From Auanema rhodensis (Eukaryota; Animalia; Nematoda), in assembly GCA_964057225.1 (NCBI GenBank), contig OZ059896.1:16306001-16370000 (forward strand): DNA of 64,000 nt, in the 5' to 3' direction. Below, piece after piece: positions 50,101-64,000 of the stretch. A model generated the notes under the pieces. It did not search any database. It was not told where the DNA came from and was given only the letters and a program-made list of their open reading frames with translations. Both the position numbers and the translations under genes were made by a program. Position 1 is the stretch's first letter; every line of letters begins with the position of its first letter.

Positions 50101-51848
50101 ATGTGGAGTTTAGTCATTTGCCATACGTGTCATAATAAACGATCGTCACATAAGGCAAAGGAAATCCTTCATGACAAGGACAGAGAATTCATGACGAGAT
50201 CGCCAGAGAGAATGACAAAAAACGTTGCAACTTTGATAGGAAGAGGCAAATGGTTGAAAAGATACAACTTGAATGAAAACATTATAATTAGTTTGTTACT
50301 GAAGCTATTTTTGATTTGTTTCTTTTGCAAGTTTAGGAAGTATTTCATTTGATTCAATGACTTTTAGAATAACGTATTTACTAGAAGCATGATCATTTGC
50401 TGATCATTAGATGAGGTTGGGTGAAGGATGAAGAGAATCATATGTGGACAACAAGAAAGATTATGAAGCTACTAATGATGACATAGAATCTACTATTCTG
50501 CTAAAAATTGAAAAATTAGAAATCAAGCTAACATATGAACTAGCGTAAGTTCATTTGTACGCAAATATATGCTGAAAACATGCTGGATTTCCTTACCTAG
50601 CATCATTCTTGCTGTCATCATATACTGGTAATAGTCAATCAAAAAGACAAGCATCGCAATATTAAGAGAGCAAGAGAGAGAGAAGATATAAAAGAGAAGG
50701 AGAGAAGCTGGAGTAACAAGAGAACGGAAGACGGGCTAAGAGAGATTGAGGAAATTGGGAAGGGAAACATGCAGATAGACTACGAGACTAACGGTTGATA
50801 GTATGGCCATTCTACTTGAATGAATCTCAAAATCTCATTCGTGAAGAGATGCAAGCAAGAAGAATCATAGAAATGAAAGAAGAAGAAACTATCTGAATTA
50901 TCTTTGATATTCATGATATCAATAACAACCGCAAAAAAACATTCAAAAAAATTCTATTTTAGCTTTGTTAAGCCATTCAGTATGCTTCAACAGGTATTGG
51001 TTATTGGTGTCTATTGAAGGAAATGACCATATCATATAGCAACAAGCTTTTGTTTTTGTATTTTCATTAACCGAATAAAGAAAAAAGCTAATGACAAGCT
51101 TTTATTCTTTTTTTAGTTTAAATATCTGTCTGCGTTATTTTAACTTTATTCTCTCGTAGTTTTGAGCTTTTGTTTGTCGTGGTGAAAAATGATAAGAAGA
51201 GAGTATTTTTTGGAAAAAAGGGAAGAAAAATGAGAACAGATGAATACGACGGGCTAATAAGCTCACTTTATGCTCCATTTGTTTGTGTTTTTGTTGGATA
51301 AATTCAAACTCTATTGAGTTATTATTACAATTATTGACACACATCATCCAATTTGTCTTCCGACCTCAAGACGATAAAGGAAAAATAAAAAGTTAAAGAA
51401 AACTTCATGAATAGGCTTTTACGCTGTAAGCTGCATCGTCGTAGAGTAAAGAAGATTTTCAATCATATGCACATTTTAACCAGATGATGAAGGAATGAGT
51501 GATGTTGAAGGTTGTAGCTCAATCAAAAAAGAGGAGAGTATGAGATATTGAAGAAACATTGGGATTTTCTATTGAAAGACCCATGAGATAGTCTTTCAGA
51601 GACGTGAAGCTGAATTTTTAGAAGGCATGTTCATCCGAAAGGTTTTGGGAGAGAAAAAGTATTCGAAAGACAAATCAGTAGAAAGTATGAAACATTCAAC
51701 GGCAATTGTTCTCGCGTACGGAATAGTTATAATAGTTATTGCTTATTATATAAATATAGTAAATGTAGGAACTAACCTTGATGTGATAGGCATGAGCTGA
51801 TAGTACGACGACGAAGACAATGGCCAAGCTGACGAAGATCGACTGCAT
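44138..51848 (-). CDS. flp-9: FMRFamide-like neuropeptide precursor with 2x KPSFVRFamide (exons 51848-51777, 44429-44334, 44260-44138; 96 aa)
   Basis: Signal exon MQSIFVSLAIVFVVVLSAHAYHIK with GTTAGT donor; phase-0 TTTTCAG acceptors; KR-KPSFVRF-G twice. Confidence 0.9.
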
Positions 51849-52245
51849 TCCTATAGGCAAGCTGGAGTTGACTGAATTTCAAGAATAAACGTGTGTATGG
51901 ATGTGGTGGGTGTGCTTCTGCACAGCAAGTACAATGAGCTCGAATGGAGGCGGAGCCAACAGAGTTGGCGAAGGGGTTGGCTGAGAGACTCGCGGACAAG
52001 GAATCTGGACAACGGAATTGAGCAAAAAATAGAGATCACATAGAAGAAAGAGAAAATGATGAAAAAAAGGAATGAAAGAAAGATGCAACGGAAGGTAGAG
52101 AATAAAAGAGCAGTAGGTGGAAACCGTAAAAAGAGATATATACTAAGATTTATATGAAAAAGGGAAAAAGAGAGAGAAAAGAATGAGTATGCGTGGGTGA
52201 CAGACATAGAGAGATATAAAGAGAAATATAAAGAGAAAGAGAGAA

Positions 52246-52276
<31 letters not shown>

Positions 52277-54436
52277 TTATAGTAAAAATTAAAAAAATTA
52301 AATTTTCTTGAAATTTTAGGAATAATGAGGCAACAGTCAAGTTGAAATTGAGGACAAATTGAAGAGTTCAACCGTCGGCAGCGTTTATTATTCCAAAATA
52401 ATAGAGCGTGCATCTACGTGGAAGACGTCGTATTACGTGAGTCTTCGCAGATACATGTAAGATATACGGTATATACTAATGAGGTGTAGTAAGTTTATAC
52501 GAATGAAATCAACTAGGTCATTAGTTTTTATTTATTTATTATTTTTCTTTTTAGTAAAAGATATTAACGAAGATAGTTAAAATAACAAATTAATCATATT
52601 TTCGAGTAAATTATAGGTAAAAATGGTACGAAATAGCATAATTATCATCATTATAACTACGATAAACATCATAAATTTATCTCAAAATACATGTTATCAT
52701 TAGTTTAGCTTATATCTCATATAAATAACGACCATAAACCACATGTTGAAAATAATTTTTAGTGTTTCTGTTTTTGCTCCCACCCTCCCATGCTTTCTCT
52801 CTCTCTCTTTCTTCATCGTACTACATGATCCTATCACAAATCATGAGGTTGAGGGTGGTTTACATCTTCTCTTCAAAAAAAGAATATTTTTTTATAAAAA
52901 TTAAAGATTTATGGATGTAATATGCAGAATAATTATATATTAATTTGCAGAGAATAGCATCATACAAGCAAAAGTTAGTACAAGAAGTATACGATGTAGT
53001 AATGTGGTGAAGTAAAATATCCAACTTATACTCTCAATACTAATAATTTAAAAATATTATTTGAATAATATGTGGATTACTATTAAATTATTAGTATTTA
53101 AATAAATTATACATTTATAAATACATATGTCGGTATGTTTGACTGCATATAGTATAATGTGTACAGATAATATAGTTAAAATTGATTATAATATTATATT
53201 AAGTTAGTGATTACGACATATGTATATTTCGTATGGTTTATGTGACTGTAGCTAACATGTATGTTTTGCTTTCAATAACTTTCAAATGCCAGCAATTATC
53301 TGATTTGTATGGATTAAAAGTCTGATGAATTATCAGTTTAGCAGTTTTTTTCAATAATTTTAAACAAAAATGGCAAAAATTGCCATTTATCTTCCGTTCA
53401 TTAACTGTGAAAATAAAAACATAAACACGGATTAAGCATATTCGGCTAAAGTTTGTTAGAGAAAGAAATTAAATTTTGTTGTCAAAATAATAATAAATGA
53501 AGATTACAACAGTATGCTATATGTATATTTGATTTTTCAGAAGTTCTGAGACTATATTTCAGAAAAAAATATAAAATTTCTAGTAAGAAAGAGACAAAGA
53601 ACGAAAAAGATAGGAAGAAGGAGAGAAGAAGAAAGAAAAGAAGATATATTATGTGATACGTGAGAAGATTATTAATAATTATAAATTTATGTATAATTAA
53701 TTAATAAATGTATCCTAATTGAATTACTAGAAATATGAATGTTATATTTAAAATATTTGCATAAAAGTTGTTAGAATATACTATTTTTAAATAAGAAGAT
53801 ATTAACAATATAATTTATTATTTTATTCAAAAACGATTTTTAGTATATAATATTAAGTGTTATATTCATTTTTAGTTCGAACAATAGCAATTTAAACAAA
53901 CTTTCTCTCTCTCTTTCTCTCATTTCTCTACATCTCTCTCTCTCTCTCTATCTTGCTCTTCCTTTATCTTTTCAAAAAAAGGAAAGAATTATTTTGAAGT
54001 TTTCTTTGTTCATTCACCAAAAAATTGGATATTTTTTCCATTTAATCATCACATATTTGCTAAGTGAAATAAGAAATTAAGCGCATAAGCTTGAAGTTAG
54101 TTGAGGCTTTCTGATGTAAAAAGGGGGAACGAAAGTAAGATGGAACTACATAGCTTATCCTTGAAATCCGTTTTATACAAAAGTACAAAAACAGTTAAGT
54201 TTATATTAAATATAACTATAAAAATAGAAACCTTTGAACAAACGAATTTGTTTGTTAAAACTTCAGAGTAAGGTTAACTCATTTTTTCTATAATTTATTC
54301 AAAAAATAAATAAATTTTGATTCCTTTGAGAAAGTAAAATAATAATGAAAAAAGTTTTAAAAGGAATAAACATCTATTTATTTATTCAGATACTACACAA
54401 TTACGTAAATCTCATTCCTCTTTCTTTCTCTTTCTT

Positions 54437-54446
<10 letters not shown>

Positions 54447-54490
<44 letters not shown>
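54447..54490. repeat. (CT)n microsatellite
   Basis: Visible TC run. Confidence 0.95.
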
Positions 54491-54492
<2 letters not shown>

Positions 54493-55786
54493 ATTATTTA
54501 TTCTCTGGGCTTATCTCTATCTATTGGCTTCATGATAGCAATAGAGAAACAAATATAAAACTTTGAAAAACTAACACAAACACAAGATAATATGAAAAGG
54601 AAGTTGCTTATGTAGCAATCAAAAACGGTTTTCTGCAACTACTGATTAGGCTAGGTGATAGGCCAAGATGCAGATGAAGTGAAAATCTGTAGGAATATAT
54701 GAAAACAAGCAAGTTAGATGTGCAGACAAAACAATCAGGAAAGTAGATTAGCGGATGAATTCTAAACGTCATTTTTTAAAAATTTCAAAACTTTTATCTG
54801 ATCTCTCTCTCTATCTCTTTTAAAATATCTTCTATTATATAATATATTTTATGTATACAAAATTATAAAAATATTAGTTATATTATGAAAATAATAAAAA
54901 ATTAGTCGAAATATACATAAATGATTGGATTGGATGAAGTGCAGGTGTTTGATAAATTGGTTCAATGTCATCTAATACATAACATATAGCTTCATTTAAT
55001 TATATTATCTATTAAACTATATGAAATACAAGAATATATCTCATTGAATATATATATAAATTTAGTTAGCCTAATCATCTGTATATAATATCATATAGTT
55101 ATTATAGTTTAAATATAGAATATTTTTGTTTGAATAGGTGTGTTCTGCAAGGGTTGATAGATTAGTGATTACAAAAAGATTAGACTTTCAACCTATTAAG
55201 CTTGATTTGAAATTTTGTTAATTTAAAAACTTTATAATTAAAGTTTTTAAATCAAACTTAATACGTAAGCTTCAAACATGGAATCAGGTGAGAGAACACG
55301 GGCTACTTACAGCTTTCTTTTCCAGCTATAGTCACAGCAGTTAGGAGGAGCTTGTGCATAGAACCTAAGGTATTGTTTTCTATGAAAAAGCATATACAAT
55401 GGCTAAAATACAATGTTAGTTCATATTCTTCATTTTGAAGCTTTCTCTGATGGCATACTTACTCTTCCTTCAAATTTCTTTACTTCAATACAAGACAATT
55501 GTTCATATTAGATATTGAAAAAAAGGAGAAATTATGAAGTAAAACTAAGTAAAAATGAAACAGAATGATGAGATTAGAAGATTGAAAAACCTTTTTTATC
55601 TCAGATTGTTATATTTTATCGAAAATTGAATATCATGCATGATGAATAAGATTATATTAATCGGAAGAAGAGAAGGTTTTCTCAATTTCATCTGAGTAAT
55701 AATTCATATCAAATAGTTTGAATTCCTCTTAATTACTTTTTCTTTATCAACTTTCTATTCTATTTAAGCTTAAAACTCTTTATTTT

Positions 55787-55811
55787 TCTCTCCCTCTCTC
55801 TCTTTCTCTCT

Positions 55812-55892
<81 letters not shown>
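55787..55892. repeat. (CT)n compound microsatellite
   Basis: About 100 bp of TC with few interruptions. Confidence 0.95.
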
Positions 55893-56098
55893 CTTTCTAT
55901 GTCTTATCTTTTTTGAAAGCTGCGTGATACTCTGGTTTCTTTTAGCATATCTATTCCATATTTGGTTATTTTGGCTTGATAACCTATCAAGGAAAAATTC
56001 AAAAGAAAATTGATGAATGAATTATAAGCTGTTACAATAAAAATGAAAGAAAAAAGAAAAATGTGTGTAGATGATATCTCTTTATATCTTTTTTTATT

Positions 56099-56115
56099 TC
56101 TCTCTCTGTTTCTCT

Positions 56116-56164
<49 letters not shown>

Positions 56165-56215
56165 TCTCTCTCTCTCTCTCTCCTTCCCTCTCGCTCTCCT
56201 TCTCTCTCTCTCTCT
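56099..56215. repeat. (CT)n compound microsatellite
   Basis: Visible TC run with interruptions. Confidence 0.9.
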
Positions 56216-56403
56216 ATTTAGTTCTATCTATGTCTAAATTGCTCTTAGTGTTTTCCGAGAAAAATACAGAATAATGATGTTGTCAATGTTAAAACTTTTT
56301 TTTTGTTTTACATCGACACCTCTTTATTTCTGCATTTATTCTGATCACAGAAGCACTAAACAGAAATTTAAGAAATTTCAAGAAAAAATATTAAAAGATA
56401 TAA

Positions 56404-56405
<2 letters not shown>

Positions 56406-56454
<49 letters not shown>
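56406..56454. repeat. (GA)n microsatellite
   Basis: Visible AG run. Confidence 0.95.
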
Positions 56455-56459
<5 letters not shown>

Positions 56460-58906
56460 GCATAGAAAGAGTGAAGACGGAATTATAAGAGTAATTCATT
56501 TACGAATTTTCTGCTTAATATTATATTAATATTTAAATGATTCAGATTGATTATATTTTTTATAAAATATATAATTAGGTAAAATAAGTAAAAAAATAAA
56601 ATAAGTATGAAAATTGTTGACCAATTTAGCAGAAAAGTATGGATAATTCCTTTGTGATGGGAAAATATGCGAAAATATGTCGGGATGATAACAAGTAATA
56701 GAAATCGGTCTACAGAACCTGAAAAGCATAGATTAAAGATTTAAATTGAAATAAAATAGCAAGCTTATTCGTTATATTTATGTTTTCTCTACGTATTAGA
56801 AATCATCTATTTTTGTGAATTCGGAAGAAAAAAAATCTGAAGAAACAGATGGAACATTAAGGCATGATAGTATGTATTAGCTTTTTTTTCAACGAAACAA
56901 AGCTTAAAAGATAGAAATTCAATAAGAATATTCTGATATTTTTTATTTTTTTCATGAAACAAAAATATAAATGACTGGTTCAATAGGAGAGGCTTTGTCA
57001 TCGGATACCTTGTGATTCTTTGCAGTATCAGTAACATGGATACAGTATCTTAGAGAACTAAGTACTAAAAGATGTTACAAGACGATGATGATGATGACAA
57101 AAAGAAATAAAAATAAATAAACAAAATCCTTATATATTTAGAGGAAATATGAATGCAAGTATTTGATTTCATTCAGATATTTTGAATGAAAAAAGATTTT
57201 GTAATGTGAGAATCGAATGAAAATGCCATTAATCGCAATTAGTCATCTTGTTTTGGTTTTGTACAGACTATCAACTTCACTCCCTCTAACAATAAGTTTC
57301 CCAGACATGCACCACCTCATCCCCCCCCCCTTTCTTCTCCTATATGCCTATATGTTTTTCAATCGAAATGAAGAAGTTGAAAGTGGAGAACGGGATAAAA
57401 ATGGGTGAGAGAAAGAAAGAGGATTAAGTAGAGTAAGAGTTGTGTATAGATGTGGTAGGTCTCTATGTCTGTGCGTGAATTTTAGGAAAAGAATGAGAGA
57501 TAAGAGGAACATGAAGAGCAATACGACAAGATTGTGAGTTGGTTTATAGAAAGAGGAGTATGATTGAAATAAAAAAGGGACTGATGAATAGTAATAGTAG
57601 AAGAAGAAGATATAGAAGAAGGTTAATATAATACAAAAAGAAGAATCATATGTGATGATATATTGGATAAAGCTTTAAGCTCAAGTTGTTAAAACATTCA
57701 TTTAATCATGGATAAACTTATATGTATGATCATGTTAGCTCAGTTAGAGAAGCACGTGGGATCAATGTCTAATGACGATGTTATGAGTTGTATTCTAAAA
57801 GCAAAAATATATAATATTTTTGTATATAAATAATTATAAACTACAATTATTAACTTCAAACACAATTTTTACTTGAATTGCTTAAGTTATAATAGTTTTT
57901 TTTTTGAAGTTTATATAGTATTTACAGCAGATTCACTCATACACATGCACATCTACACAGACATACAAAACAAAATAGAAGGTTGTGATGATGTACAACA
58001 AGCATATATGGGTGAATAGATTAGTTCAATACATTATTTTCTAATAGTTCGCTCAATTTCAACAATTTTTTTTTGTTTTGTCGTGTTTTTGATAAATAGT
58101 TAAATTTTGTGTTTTTTTTTCTAATTATTCCAGCTGGTTCCAGTCATATATAGCTTTATCTTTTCATTTTATCATTTGTGATGGAAAAGTGTCGAGAAAA
58201 GTAAACTTAAATAGACGAATTCTAATAGAAATTCAATTGTAAAAGATGAAAATGGTCAGAAATTTCTTTTTTTTTTCAATTTTTAAAGATAATAATTCGA
58301 ATGAACAGATTGTCCAACAAGCACGGAAATGAAATGATAAGTAAAATGTAAAATATATCTAATTAAGAGATATTATGATATCTTTTTACGAAATATTTCT
58401 GTGTGTTTCATGTATGTTTCACATATCGTTTGATAGAGTTACGAGCATAGGCCATAAGCATGTGAACAGAGCTTAAGTTCAAAGCATCAAAGCATGAGAG
58501 TTAATGAGTAAAATGCACATGGATCATGTGAATAATTTTTTGATTTATCTTCAAATATTAGTGTCGTATTAAGTCAAACTGATCATTGCTTTTTCATATG
58601 TTCTCATGTTCTCATGTTGAGACTAAGTAGAAGGAATTAACGAAATGACCATATAGATCAAGGAACAATAACAACTATTTCATATTGAAGATATGATGTA
58701 TCATAACGACGAAAAAAATTTTTTTTTGTCGTTTTAGATAATCTTATTATTCCAAAAACAAAGATATGTAATGAGAAAGATGATAATGATGATGATCGTT
58801 TGTTCTTTGTCTTATAGGAGTCGACACCCAGATTACAAGCACAGATTAGTATGGCAGCAGGGAAAAGAAGATGACGATGAAGAAGAGCAAGTTGATAAAC
58901 TGAGAA

Positions 58907-58910
58907 AGAG

Positions 58911-58994
<84 letters not shown>
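58907..58994. repeat. (GA)n microsatellite
   Basis: About 85 bp AG run. Confidence 0.95.
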
Positions 58995-58996
<2 letters not shown>

Positions 58997-61900
58997 ACTT
59001 GAGGAATGAACGATAGGTAGCTTATAGTTGAGAAGATAGTTCGATACACCAATCTTCCATACAAATACATACACAGACCTCTTCACAAAAGAGTCTTTTT
59101 TCTTCCAATTTCTAATGAATTTAATTGTAAAAATCAAAACAATGAAATTGAGAACATCATATGATGTGCTGAAAGTAGCGAATGTAATTTGGGATAAGAC
59201 TCCTCACAGACTCAACATAGCCAACACATTAAATCCAACAATTCAATTTCGTATTGTTTTCTAAGTCATGTACTTTGAATATATTCTAAGATTTCATGAT
59301 GAACTTGCTAGCGAATTATTCCAAGAAAAACTAAAAATCTCATCATAATTCTTTAAGATTGTTTGAAGATCAGAATTTGAAAAGCATTTTTTTCTTAACT
59401 ATACGAGTAAGTTGATGAATTTCAGTTTAAAAGAACATCAACTATACATGTATACTTAAGAAAATACATCAAAAGCTTCTTGAAAGTAAAAGAATTGAAG
59501 ATAATGAGTGGGGGTTTATACATGTACATATGAAGAATTTGAAAAAGAAAGGTTCAAAAGGACATTTCTTAGATGAAAATTCATTTTGAAAAATGTTTGA
59601 TTTCAATAGAAATTCTAATATACTAGATGAAGGATGTTCACAAATAAAAAAAAATCGTTGTTTTCCTTGTTTTCCTTTCTATAATGACATTTGAAAATGT
59701 TTTTCATTCTCAATATGAACTTTCAAAGTTTGAACTAATTTAAATTAAATTAAATCAAAATAAAATAAATTAAAAATGGAAATAAAGATATAAATTGGTC
59801 TTGATCAACTAATTAAATAATTAATATAATATACATTGAAGAATGGTATCTATATGATCTTTCTTCATTTCCGTGTTATGAAGATGGAAGATTTGAAATT
59901 GATGATGACACTAAAATCTATTTTTCCTAATAATATTCCTTTTAATTGGATAATAACAAAAGCTTTTAAGCTGTTCCATATTTGAGTTATTATCTGGCAA
60001 CAGCTTGAGCGCGTCTTTATTTCGTTACTTTAACGCCTGCCAGTTCTATAGACGGGCATACAGCATTATTGTCCTAATAAGACATCCGTATAGATATACA
60101 TATTCATTAACATACTCATATTCACCTTTTTTCCCTCAAAATGAATATACTCCCTTATATATTTTCATTCGCCTATTCATCATTTCTGGCTAAAAATCGG
60201 AAAATTTCAAAATTTTCCTCTAAACAGGTGCGTTTTTCCTAAACACTAGCTCATTGTACCGGTGGGGGGGGGGTGAGGGTTAACAACGTTGTTATCTGAA
60301 GATGTCTATGACCAGGCTAATTAACAAACAACCTTTTCTGGGTAAAAGTTGTTTAAGTACTGAAAGCACTTTGAAACAAGTTTTGTACTTTTATCAACAA
60401 AGTTTTAGGATTTCTCGTATGGATGCTGTAAGAACTGAATAAACCAAAGCAAGTTACTTTCATATTAATTCCCTTGTCTCTTGTTTTTTTTAATTTCTTT
60501 TTCACAAAACGTATATAGATTTTCATAGAAATTATTAAAATCTACGTTTCAGAAGAAAAAAAGAAAGAAGAAAATTAGGATTAGGATGAATAAAAAGATT
60601 TTATTGTGTCCAAAGGAATAAACAAAATTTTGTGAAATGTTTTGGTGTGATTCATGAAAAGAAATATTTTTTCTTATTATTCCTTTCCATTTATATCGTT
60701 CTAGTTATGTTGATTCTTCGAAAAGGAGAGAATAGTCTTTTAACTGCCAGTCTGATTTCTATGTGAGTTAGAAGAATAGGCTTCTCCATCAGTATCATCT
60801 TCTCATGTTGCTTCCTACATAAAGAGCAAAAGAAAGAAGGTGACATAGAGAGAAACGGCAAGAAACGGACAGGAAGAGAGAGGGAGAGAGAATGAGAAAG
60901 AAAAGAGAGAGCAGAAGAGAGAGGGAGAGAGAAGTATCTAAGGTGCATAAGACGGTTATGCGTATCGTCTTCGGAGGGATTGTGTGAACACACATACATA
61001 ACGCACAGTACACAGCATTCTATAGATGTCGACAAGCACAAGAGAGACAAAAAGAGATAATGCAAGAGCACGAAGCAAAGCAACAAGACAGAGTACAAGG
61101 CAACTGGAATAAGTGAGGACACAAGAGAATCAGGTGAAACGAAGGATGAGCACAGTGGGCACGGAGCTACTGATGACGATGACAACTTCAACGATGTTAA
61201 CATCTAGCTGTTTCTCTATCTCTCTTTTCTTCGTTTTCTTTTCGAGCTTGTTGTCCGCCGATTGTCCAACGACACAGTAAGACCATCATCAACAGCATCA
61301 TTATCAGTCTTACAATTGTCTTGACAAAATCTTTGATTATAACCTCATTCTAGGCGATATAGTTCAGAGAAAAGGCTTAGAGAGATGACTCAATGAGCTT
61401 TACTTATATGTTTCTTAAATATTTTATTTTCTGTATATTTGTTATATAGATTAGCATATTATTTGAATGTTCTCTAATCTCGAGGAGTTGTTAGTAGTCT
61501 TAATTCTGCTGCTTCTGCTGGAACAACTATCACATCTAAAGCAACTTGATTACATCTAAATGATGAATCATTTCTACAGATTACGTACTTTTTACATTTA
61601 ATTTATATCATTCAACACCTATATATTATGATTTTCTATATTATATCTATACATCTTCATTCTTCATCTTCACTTTCTACACTATTGTGTCATTCCTTAC
61701 ATAGTTGACCCTTTTTATTTTCTTCAAAATCGTATCCAGCTCAATACCAACATCATTTTATGCTCATGATTAGCATTTGAACATTTCTCATTCATACGAA
61801 AGAGCAGCGTATGAGCCTTTATGATCCAGCTTGATACAGAAAAAAATAAAATAAAAGCTGATGTAAAAGCATATATTACAAAACAATAACGTTTTCATCG

Positions 61901-62251
61901 AAAGAAACCTTTCTTTAGAAAAAAAAGCCAAAATTAATATATAAATGTATTATATATATATATATCATTTTTAAAAAATAATAATATTAATATTATTATT
62001 ATGATTTATGTGATTTTGAAGAAAACTGTTGAATGCAACCATTCACAATAAAAACATTTTTGAAATAAAACTAATTATTTACAACTATTGACGTTCACGT
62101 GAAATAAAAAGTACGTTTTTCACGTGACTGAACTACATCGCCTCACGTTTGTTTTTCGTTTTGTTGTCTTTTACTAATTCAAGCTTGAAATTAAATTTCC
62201 ATTTACATCATTTTACTTTTTTGCAGTAGGGTCAATTGAAACTGTCTGACC

Positions 62252-63171
62252 ATGAGTTCACAAATCGGAGCTATTAACTCTGTGAACTCATTGATTTCAA
62301 AGGTTTTTCAGCAACCGAAAGGAGATTTAGTAAGTTGGATTTGAAGTTTTAATGTAAAATACAAGTAAAGTACAGAAGAATGAAAAAGAAAGAAAATAAC
62401 TTAAATACACTCCGTTTGCCCGCTTACCGTACTTTGCTAAATCGCAACCTTTTACCAGGCTAATACTATGCTTCGTGCGAAATAATTTATTTAAAAAACT
62501 GCTGAGAAGAAGATGAAAAAGAAAGAAGTTTATCGTACTCTTAGCTTTATTCTTTCTCTCTTTTTCCCTCCCTCTTACACACATGCATTCCCTCTCCCAT
62601 CCCTCATTTCATTTTCTACGTTTTTGTAGTGCAATTAGTGATACAACCGTTTGTTTCTCTCTGAAAACCTATAGCATATGTCTGTTACTGTCATGCTCCC
62701 ACGTCTTCGTCGGTTATTCTATAATTGCCTAACTCTCTCCTCATTCAGTATTATCTAACATCAACATTCAACTAGTGCACAAATGTATTGTTAAAGAGCA
62801 AGTTGTGAAGAGAGTTGTAGAAATAGCGAGAAGAGATAGAAGAACATCGTCAAACAATCTGAGAAGAAACAAGATAAGTTGGATTGTCTCATTGGAAGAA
62901 GAAGGGTAACAACAAGGCGACGAAGAAAATGGAAGAGGGCAAATCTTAGGAAGATGCGACTATCTGTTCAGCACGGAGAATATAACGCTAACAGCATGAG
63001 TTCAAGTAATTTTTTCACAGAAAGAAAAACTCAAAGAGCATGTAATAGCTAGGGATTGTGATAATAAAGAGGAGTAATGAGTGAATAGTGGGAAAGGTTC
63101 AAATGATTTCAACAACAATAGATATAGAGAGTGAAAAAAAAAGAGAGCGAGAGATAGAGAGGTAGAGAGAG

Positions 63172-63222
<51 letters not shown>

Positions 63223-64000
63223 AAGAAATATAGTCTTAAAAAAAGCAGGAAGAGAACAAGATAAAGATAAAGACTTAGATAAAGATGAAAAAGTTACAAT
63301 TGCTCTCAAGCATGTACGGAACCGGAAAGAAGAGCTCCTAACAAACGCACCATCATACAATCAAATATTGCACTTCTTATTTAGATAGCATAAACTTAAG
63401 ATCTAAAACGATGTATACGATATAGATAGATATATAGATATATCAAATATATAGATATATATAAATGTTTTGCCTGTCTGAAGCAATAATTGTTGAAAAG
63501 CAGTATAAATAGAAATGAGCGAATCAAATTCGACCAGCCTCCCGAAGGCCAACAAATAGTAGCTAATAGCCCTTTCTATATGCAATATAAATTTCATAAA
63601 AATCATTTTTTTCAACAGAGAAAAGAAGTATTTTTTCATATAATTTGTTGAAAATAAATAAATTGATAGATAAAATAGTAATGTTTCTTTACAATATCTT
63701 TTTTCAGGCGGACAGACTAAATTCACGAATCACAGTATGTCTACTCTCGCTTTCAGCTGTGTTACTCCTTTCTGGTCATTTTATGGGCGATCCCATTACA
63801 TGCTGGACACCAGCTCAATTCACTAAGCAATGGTAAGAATATCATTTGAAAAACAGCCGGAAACATTATCAACGATGTTATGTCTTTAGGTCAGACTTTG
63901 TGAATCAGTACTGCTATGTGCATGGAACGTATTTCGTTCCGTTAGATCAAGAATTATCGTTTGATGAGACAGAACGCAAAAAAATTCCTGTAACATATTA
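62252..64000 (+). CDS. inx-6: Innexin, 5' part (exons 62252-62329, 63708-63832, 63890->64000)
   Basis: MSSQIGAINSVNSLISKVFQQPKGDL/ADRLNSRITV...GDPITCWTPAQF...FVNQYCYVHGTYFVPLDQ matches INX-6 as I recall it. Confidence 0.9.
63142..63220. repeat. (GA)n microsatellite in inx-6 intron 1
   Basis: Visible AG run. Confidence 0.9.

Noticed and set aside
57731-57796. GTTAGCTCAGTTAGAG...GAGTTGTATTC resembling tRNA A and B boxes
   Set aside because: No acceptor or T stem can be formed; at most a decayed tRNA/SINE relic, and tRNAscan-SE would be needed
54345-63360. ORFs with SLSLSL or RERERE runs
   Set aside because: Translations of (CT)n/(GA)n microsatellites

Overview
Nematode (rhabditid-like) genomic DNA with short AT-rich introns, in two parts. 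(1) Positions 1-26.3 kb are a tandem array of a 471-bp unit. Each unit carries one 5S rRNA gene and, 220 bp downstream on the same strand, one U4 snRNA gene (21 5S copies, 20 complete U4 copies, no SL1 gene). Three LTR retrotransposons sit in the array, all in the short spacer upstream of a 5S gene. They are: the 3' end of a BEL/Pao-like element (1-716); a 3.8-kb gag-only Ty3/gypsy element (2083-5873); and an intact 12.1-kb Ty3/gypsy element (10175-22248). The 12.1-kb element has one 2901-codon ORF reading Gag - internal signal peptide - herpes gB-like envelope - TM - PR - RT - RNase H - IN. The two gypsy elements share non-canonical CG-ended terminal inverted repeats, a tRNA-Gln primer-binding site and 4-bp target duplications. 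The large element also has a 1.24-kb AUG-free stretch spanning a GUG-started Gag extension, and an intron-containing antisense gene. (2) Positions 26.9-64 kb hold ordinary host genes: an ACR-16-group non-alpha nAChR subunit, a GT92 glycosyltransferase, paraplegin (ppgn-1), let-70/ubc-2, atg-7, a C2H2 zinc-finger gene, flp-9 (7.3-kb first intron) and the 5' part of inx-6, with many (CT)n/(GA)n microsatellites. All calls are by eye; no database searches were run.
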